From Octopus bimaculoides (Eukaryota), in contig NC_068995.1 in assembly GCF_001194135.2 (NCBI RefSeq), forward strand, positions 19,449,260-19,513,259: 64,000 nt of DNA, in the 5' to 3' direction. This document shows positions 55,917 to 64,000 of the stretch, piece by piece; positions within the stretch are counted from its first letter, which is position 1, and every line of letters starts with the position of its first letter. The notes beneath the pieces are model-generated. The model saw nothing but the letters and a program-made list of their open reading frames with translations. It did no database searches and was not told where the DNA came from. The position numbers and the translations under genes were made by a program.

Positions 55917-57160
55917 TATCTTTGAGGGTGTGTGTTCATCATATACTTAGATGTATACACTTTCATGTGTATATATAAATGTATATAATTATATAAATAT
56001 GTATGCGCAGGTATGTATATTTGTATACATGACTGAGGGTACGTGTTCGTATGTATATGATAAACTCACGTCTTTTCCTCAAAATACATCTTAATTCGTT
56101 AAAAGAAGTTACAAGTTTTTATATTAGCGCTCAATATAAATTTTTGGGCGCATTATATCAAATATGAGAAAAGAATTAATGTATTCAAAATGTGAACTAG
56201 AAGAGTTATATTTACGTATCAAATTTAACGACATATTCATAGCTATGTTTCTGAAATATGATGTTTTCTCAATCGATTTAAAGTCTTAGTTATCAATTTG
56301 AGAGAAGACTGATAGTCATATCTTTTTGGGCACGATAGAAATAAATGCTTTGAAATATAAATGAAGAACATGCCGTGAATTCTCTTTACTCTGCAGCTAT
56401 GGATGAACACCTTTAGAAAGTACTTCCGAGTATATTGTAAAATATTATAATAAAAATCTCTGACTCATATGATATAGAAGAACCTTTGTCTACCATAAAT
56501 TACATCTTAATCTAACTAAATACGAGAATACTCAATGCAAGATTTAACATAAATTCAATTACTTCAAAGTGTGAATGAAAGAGAGGAAACTTAGATCACA
56601 ATTTACTTTCTATCCAAGCTTATGGACAACCCAAGAGATCGGCGCTTAGTAGCGAATTGAGAAATAAAATTAGACCAATGCATATGATGCGCAAATGATG
56701 TGGAAATACACATGCACACACACACAAACACACACACACACACACCACACACACACACAAACACACACACACACACACACTCATATATATATATATATGT
56801 CTACATCATATATAAATGCTAACATACGTTGATATATACTTATATACACACACACATAGATGTATAGTCTACATATACGTATATGTAACGTATACATATG
56901 TGTATGCATGCATGTGTATATACATATACCACAATACTTAAAAACATGTAACGGACAAGAAAAATCCGAAAGCAGAGTGAATATCCTACAATTAGGTTAA
57001 TTAATCTGCCATATTCCACCCTTACGCTTTCCAGTTATGCGTGTTTCCATTTATAACGCTTCATTTCCAATGCTGAATATTATATCCTGAGCTCAAAGAT
57101 ATAAAAAATGTTTTCGTGAATTCTTCTGAACTGACATATTTTTTGGTACGTGGTATACGA

Positions 57161-57221
<61 letters not shown>

Positions 57222-57544
57222 TGTACCTAACAATAACAAGTAAAACACTAATGGGCTAAGAAAGCTTACACATTCCAAGAAGGAATCTATAACTTATAAC
57301 ATTAATGACAAAGATTCGGATGAAGGTAGAACTGCAAGAAACTCATAGATATATGGCTAAAAAGATCCACTATACATACATGCATATTACGCTCAGACAC
57401 ACACACACATACATACATACATACATACACACACACATACATACATACATACATACATACATACATACATGGATACACACACACATACACACATACATAC
57501 ATACAACCATTTGACAAGATGTGGGAATCAATATCGTCACCGTT

Positions 57545-57598
<54 letters not shown>

Positions 57599-58567
57599 CG
57601 TATACATATATATATATATGTATATACGTATGCATATATATGTATATATGTGTGTGTGTGTGCGTGTGTGTGTGTGTTTGTGTTTGTGTATGTGTGTGTG
57701 TGTGCTTGTGTGTGCTTGTGTGTGTTTGTGAGTGTGTACGCGTTCAGTTATGCAAGGCAAGCAACTTACATAAGCTCATGCAATACATTATCATATAATT
57801 AGCCCAAATCTCCTGGCTACCAAATAAATGCAGGTCAATATCCGACATATTCCTCCAGCAAATTTAATTACATATATGCTGTTAAACCAACAGATTCAAC
57901 TACATACATATTGTTCAGTGAGTAATGAATTATGAATTTTTACTGCATTGTTTCTTATATTCAAATTGAATTCATGTAGACTTTCCCGACAAATGCTTTC
58001 AACTATTAGAATTACACATCAGTATTCACGCATTCATTTGTTTATTGTGGTCAAATTTTTATATATCACGTTTTTATGCTGCTAGTAACTTGTTAATGTT
58101 TTCATGTGTGCATAGTTTTTGTGCTTATTTGGGGATTGTATTGGAATATGATTACAGTCTCGATGATCAATCATATACTTATTGAGAGCCTTTATTTTGT
58201 ACGTAGACATTATCCTCAAACATTTCTCTAAATTAGTTATGTTGTATGTTACAGTATTTTGCCATTGCTCCTTGTAGATGTATTGTGAGCCTACGACAGA
58301 GTGCTGTACTAGTATGCAAGATACCTGATCATATGCTTAAACTAAAAGTATACCACAGAAAACAACAAAACCAGAAGGTAGCTTATCAATAACGGACATC
58401 GAGCATGTAAACACTCAAATAAGGTAGCAATAGTCAATGTCATCTATAAATTCGAAATAAAACTGAAAGGTGCAAACTTGAAGGCCACAACAGTTACACT
58501 AGACATACTAGTAGAACACTTTGCTTCACCATACATTTGCAGCAAAGAGAAATCTCAAAACGCTACA

Positions 58568-58610
<43 letters not shown>

Positions 58611-58624
58611 ATTTTTTTGCAGTC

Positions 58625-58825
58625 ATTTTATTTGTTTCAGTCATTTGACTGCGGCCATGACGGAGCACCACCTTTAGTCGAGTAAATCGCCCCCAGGACT
58701 TATTCTTTGTAAGCCTAGTACTTATTCTATCCGTCTCTGTTGCCGAACCGTTAATTGGCAGGGAGGCAAACACACCAGCATCGGTTTTTAAGTGATGTTG
58801 GGACGGGGGGACAAACACAGACGCA

Positions 58826-58861
<36 letters not shown>

Positions 58862-59070
58862 TATATATNNNNNNNNNNNNNNNNNNNNNNNNNNNNNNAT
58901 ATACGACGGGCTTCTTTCAATCTCTGTCTACCAAATCCACTCACAAGGTTTTGGTCTGACCGAAGCGATAGTAGAAGACACTTGCCCAAGGTGCCACACA
59001 GTGGGACTGTACCCGGAACCTTGTGGTTGGTAAGCAAGCTACTTTCCACACAGCATGCTACTTACCACAC
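58625..59070 (-). mobile_element. SINE family A, full-length apart from a gap in its internal microsatellite
   Basis: 3' body at 58625-58825; head at 58900-59060 (tacgacgggcttctttc...gaagacacttgcccaaggtgccac.cagtgggactg.acccggaacc.tgtggttggtaagcaagctact). Confidence 0.9.
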
Positions 59071-59406
59071 ATATATCTATAAATATTTATAAATATGCTT
59101 TTTAATTCTTTGTCCGTTTCCTCGCATTTTCTTATTTTCTACTATTTTAGTCCCTTCTGGCGGTTGAATCGAGTCTTTAACTTTCATTTCTAAATAGGTT
59201 GATGCTCACTGCATCCTTAAGTCTCCCTGCTAATTTTATATTTTATAGCTTATAATACCATTAAACTTGTGAACAGCCCATGTTACTGCTGTTCATATTA
59301 TCAATTTAAAGTATTTGCCATAGATGGTATTAACAATAGTAACATCTTATTTCGAATGTAAACATTCAAATGTTTTCGCTGATATATATATATATGTATA
59401 TATATG

Positions 59407-59465
<59 letters not shown>

Positions 59466-59761
59466 ATTACACACACAGAGAGACTCGCACACACACTACA
59501 AATATTTATGTAACCTATAAGCGACGGAACCAGTTCCTGTAGCGAATATTAGTATGCACATCCAACTTGACTTGGAATCACTGATTTAACGTCATAAACA
59601 CCAGTGTATCGTCTTAGAAATAATCTCGTAAATATGACTAAAACTTAAAAGCCACATTAGCATCGGTGAATTTCCTCATCACTGATGTTAGGACTTCTCT
59701 GTTGCGTGATTTCAACGTAGTTTTACATCTTCACTAATAGATACCGAAACAATAAATGCTA

Positions 59762-59943
59762 GACCGAAATTTCGTCAAGCCAGCATAGTTTAACAGTAAC
59801 TAAACAGATATTGATGTAACTAAAACTTGGCAGCATGTATATAAAGTAGCTGTGTGTAAATTATGCAAAGCCCAAGCAAGTTTTTGCGATGTCCCGGACT
59901 GTTTTAGGTACTGTTAAAGTATATTGCTTGACGAAATTCGGTC
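59762..59943. mobile_element. MITE with ~45-bp TIRs and TA target duplication (Tc1/mariner-type)
   Basis: TA|gaccgaaatttcgtcaagc...tttaacagta.ctaaa.cag on the left and its inverse ...ctgttttaggtactgttaaag...gcttgacgaaattcggtc|TA on the right. Confidence 0.85.
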
Positions 59944-60106
59944 TAACACTGTGAACGTAATTGCAGCTGAGGATGTGAAACGACGCATTCCGATATCTGT
60001 GGTTTTGAGCATTTCTCGTCCTTGTGGAACAATTTCTTCAGTTAATTTAGCTAACTGGTTTTAACAGGGCTTCGATGTTAAGTTTGATTGGGCCGACTAC
60101 AGCCAT

Positions 60107-60465
60107 ATGAGTGAACTTTGTAGACAGAAATTGAAAGGACCCCCTTTATGTAAATTTGTGGATAGCCTCAAATACATCGAAGTGGTTTTGACAAACCTAG
60201 ATCAGAACATGAACATACTTTTTCTGAGTGGTTTCTCCCACATGTTAAATGGCCAGCAGGCCACATCCTCTCTGAGATGTCACTGTACGAACAAAAACAT
60301 GTAGAGTCATTACTTGAATATTCTAATATGCTGTTCATGGAGCAAGTGATACTCAGGTTAACCAAGGGAAACAACATCTTGGACCTCTGCTTCACAAATA
60401 ATGTGGACCTTATCTATAATGTTAAGATGACACCAACAACACTCTCAGATCACAACATTATTTAA
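60107..60465 (+). mobile_element. LINE (CR1/L2/Jockey-group) apurinic-type endonuclease fragment
   Basis: PHVKWP (cf. FN.P.I.W) then MEQVILRLTKGNNILDLCFTNNVDLIYNVKMTPTTLSDHNII (cf. Q.V..PTRG.NILDL.FTN...SDH), the C-terminal APE motifs. Confidence 0.85.
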
Positions 60466-61154
60466 TGGTCGTAGCATAAAGACTGAAACAAATAGGCGAT
60501 AAAAGACACACACAAACAGACACACACGTATATTTATGATTGTAAATTTATTTTTGTTTTAAAAAGAAAATTTTATCAAACAGCTATAGTGCATCGCGTA
60601 TCTAACGCCAGAATGAAAATATACCAATCGCCATTTAAGTAAAATAAAAACTAGAATTTGGGTCTAATGGCTTATTTTTATATCAAGTTTGCTTACTGTC
60701 TGTCAGTGTGCAGTCTGAATAAATGACAGAAATATATGCGAAGACATCGTGCATTTCACACCAAGATAAATTGACATAAGTTATATTGTAGTAAACCTTA
60801 CGCTGCAAAACTTTAAACATGTATAAGTGGATCATTTTTTGACGCACAACATAAGATAATTGTCCCGACATTTTTAGTGCTATTGGACCTCTATCAAAGG
60901 ACATGTAGCCACTCGTTTCTTTACCCACGGTAGCAATTGCTATCGAAGGCAAATACATACGAGACCTTATCTGTACTGACCAAACTACTGTGCTTAATAA
61001 TATCACGTAACCTAGTAAAATCTACCACTTGGTCGGGCTGACGGCTACTAACTTGCTAAACCTACCAGGCAGTCATAGTAAGGAGAAGAGTTTGTGGGGG
61101 ACTCACTGCAGGGCCAAAAATTTGAAAACCTGTCACGGGATGTCTGACCAACCA

Positions 61155-61201
<47 letters not shown>

Positions 61202-61328
61202 NNNNNNNNNNNNNNNNNNNNNNNNNNNNNNNNNNNNNNNNNNNNNNNNNNNNNNNNNNNNNNNNNNNNNNNNNNNNNNNNNNNNNNNNNNNNNNNNNNN
61301 NNNNNNNNNNNNNNNNNNNNNNNNNNNN

Positions 61329-61405
61329 CTCAGAACGTAAAGACAGACGAAATACCGCTAAGCATTTCGCTCGGCGTGCTAACGTTTCTGACAGCTCGCT
61401 GCCTT
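61329..61405 (-). mobile_element. SINE family B head (rest lost in gap)
   Basis: ctcagaacgtaaagacagacgaaataccgctaagcatttcgctcggcgtgctaacgtttctgacagctcgctgcctt. Confidence 0.85.
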
Positions 61406-61446
61406 ATATACATATGTGTGTGTGTGTGTGTGTGTGTGCGTGTATA

Positions 61447-61651
61447 CGAGGGGTGCTGAAAATTACTTGGCTTTGGGGCAAAGAGAATACGAGAGGATCA
61501 GTTAATTATGATTTTATTCAACATATTACTATCTCAGATACACTCACCTATTACAGTTCTTCTGAGGCCTGTAAAACAACTCTAAAAATTGGGCCTCCAA
61601 CCAGGCTTTTCTTGACACCTTTAAAGCCAGGAACTTTTCAGCATCCCTTCG
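61447..61651. mobile_element. Mariner-derived MITE
   Basis: TA|cgaggggtgctgaaaattacttggcttt on the left and aaagccaggaacttttcagcatcccttcg on the right, forming ~28-bp TIRs. Confidence 0.85.
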
Positions 61652-62686
61652 TCAACACACACACACACCTGGAGGTTTGCGTGAGGGTGTAAGATTGTGG
61701 CATTGAAATATGTTGATTAGATTTACTCCAATGTTAAAACTACAGTGAAATAAAAACGACAGCCAAAAACATACTTTTGCAAGTATGATTTTTTTGATTC
61801 ATGTTCATTTATTCATTTGATGGAATGTGTAACTACATATTCAACATGTCATATAGAACACTCAATAAAATCGTGTGTATATATGTGCGTGCGTAGTCTA
61901 TGTGTATAAACTCATTACGAAATTGTCTTATTAATAAATAAATAAGAGAGCAGAATACTGTATATAAAATCAATCAGTCTTGCATGCGTAAACTAAAAAC
62001 ATAACACAAAAGTAAAATTACGTATCACACTACGATGTATATGAACTAATTAATTCTACACAGCTCTGTACTACCCGCCTGGTTCGTAAATGGATGTAGG
62101 CAAAGTTGCACTGTTACACTTTTCGTGTANNNNNNNNNNNNNNNNNNNNNNNNNNNNNNNNNNNNNNNNNNNNNNNNNNNNNNNNNNNNNNNNNNNNNNN
62201 NNNNNNNNNNNNNNNNNNNNNNNNNNNNNNNNNNNNNNNNNNNNNNNNNNNNNNNNNNNNNNNNNNNNNNNNNNNNNNNNNNNNNNNNNNNNNNNNNNNN
62301 NNNNNNNNNNNNNNNNNNNNNNNNNNNNNNNNNNNNNNNNNNNNNNNNNNNNNNNNNNNNNNNNNNNNNNNNNNNNNNNNNNNNNNNNNNNNNNNNNNNN
62401 NNNNNNNNNNNNNNNNNNNNNNNNNNNNNNNNNNNNNNNNNNNNNNNNNNNNNNNNNNNNNNNNNNNNNNNNNNNNNNNNNNNNNNNNNNNNNNNNNNNN
62501 NNNNNNNNNNNNNNNNNNNNNNNNNNNNNNNNNNNNNNNNNNNNNNNNNNNNNNNNNNNNNNNNNNNNNNNNNNNNNNNNNNNNNNNNNNNNNNNNNNNN
62601 NNNNNNNNNNNNNNNNNNNNNNNNNNNNNNNNNNNNNNNNNNNNNNNNNNNNNNNNNNNNNNNNNNNNNNNNNNNNNNNNNNNNNN

Positions 62687-63012
62687 GCGGTTTCGATTCC
62701 CAGACCGGGCGTTGTGACTGTTTATTGAGCGAAAACGCCTAAAGCTCCACGAGGCTCCGGCAGAGGTTGGTGGCATACTCTACTGTACTCTTTCACCACA
62801 ACTTTCACTCACTCTTTCTTCCAGTTTCTGTTGTACCTGTATTTAAAAGAGTCACCCTTGTCACACTCTGTGTCACGCTGAATCTCTCCGAGACTTACGT
62901 TAAGGGTACACATGTCAGTGGAGTGCTCAGCCACTTGCACGTTAATTTCACGAGCAGACTGTTCCATTTGTGGGATCAGCTGGAAACTTCGTTGTAACCG
63001 ACGGAGTGCCAT
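62687..63012 (+). mobile_element. tRNA-derived SINE (head cut by gap)
   Basis: B box ggtttcgattccc followed by a GC-richer body. Head resembles the minus-strand copy at 8250-8420. Confidence 0.65.
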
Positions 63013-63884
63013 TGATTGATAAAATTTATTTAGCCCTGCCTAACATACAGTTGGTCCCATATCGATATTAGACAGAAATTGTGATGACGAGTGCTATACC
63101 ACCCCACTTCAAAGGCAATGAAACTTACTTGTAATGCAATAATCAAATCCGTAAATAATATGTACGGAAGAGGTAACTGAGTAACACACTTGTTTCAAAT
63201 ACAACATCGCATGTATATTACGTAGCATTTCGTATGTGTCTTCATCTCAGGTGCATACGACATTGTACTTGAAACTAATGACCCGGGGAAAATAATTCAA
63301 AATCAGAGAAATAGGGAAAAAAAAAGGAACAAAAAATGTTCTACATGGTGATGTACGCTATCTACTACCATTTCATTGGTTCAGCTATTTTCTAATGACC
63401 TTCTGTCTCGTATATCATAACACTTTCTACTTACGTGTTTGTTCCCATATGTTTCCATATAAGCTTCGCCTTCTTATATGCCTACAGCCTTAAACGTAAG
63501 TGTGCATGTGTGTGCTCCTTGTATCTTCGTTAACATGTTTCTTTAAGTTATTTTTCTTTTTCACATGGTTTCTTATTTCTGCCTTCAATTTCATTAACTT
63601 AAAGCGTTATTATACGTGTAGGTATATTTGGCTTTGTGCCTGTTATTGCATACATCTAATATCATACATTTATCTAGATATCATTCGATCGTTTCCATTT
63701 GCATGATTCACGGCTACGTACTTGCACCTATATTCTATTCGTTTAAGTTTGTGTTTGTTTGTTTTCATATCACTTATTATGATATATCTATTTTTTTTTT
63801 ATATGAAGCAATTTTACTTGTTTAACAATTTACGCCAAAGTACATTTGTACCTTAACTTATACTTTTATTTATGTTTTGTATAC

Positions 63885-64000
63885 TCTTTTACTCTTTTAC
63901 TTGCTTCAGTCATTTGACTGTGGCCATGCTGGAGCACCACCTTTAGTCGAGCAAATCGACCCCAGGACTTATTCTTTGGAAGCCTAGTACTTATTCTATC
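63885..64000 (-). mobile_element. SINE family A, 3' end (continues beyond window)
   Basis: tactcttttacttgcttcagtcatttgactgtggccatgctggagcaccacctttagtcgagcaaatcgaccccaggacttattc. Confidence 0.9.

Noticed and set aside
60683-61006. 107-aa minus-strand ORF
   Set aside because: No recognisable domain or splice context, and the length is compatible with chance. Only blastp or RNA-seq could rescue it.

Overview
AT-rich, microsatellite-saturated eukaryotic scaffold with about 20 N-gaps, most of them flanked by dinucleotide tracts such as (TA)n, (GA)n or (CA)n. The dominant interspersed repeats match, from recall, the tRNA-derived SINE families typical of octopus genomes, so this is probably an octopod assembly; a database search is needed to confirm that. 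I find no convincing host protein-coding exon, intact tRNA/rRNA gene or CRISPR array, so the window reads as intergenic or deep-intronic DNA. Most ORFs in the supplied track are microsatellite or N-gap artefacts. The real content is a set of decayed transposons read by hand: a Penelope-like RT plus GIY-YIG fragment (26.8-28.0 kb) bracketed by ~130-bp inverted repeats, a hAT transposase C-terminus (14.2-15.0 kb), an internally deleted DD37D/maT Tc1-mariner element (34.8-35.7 kb), a piggyBac-like relic (42.7-43.6 kb), RTE-like and CR1-like LINE fragments, a possible PHD plus coiled-coil relic, several MITEs and more than 25 SINE copies or fragments. I did not find a clearly novel biological system. 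The best leads are the nested Penelope/inverted-repeat composite, the tandem repeat modules, close inverted repeats that could form dsRNA, and a CTCF-like motif. All protein similarities are recognised motifs, not search results.
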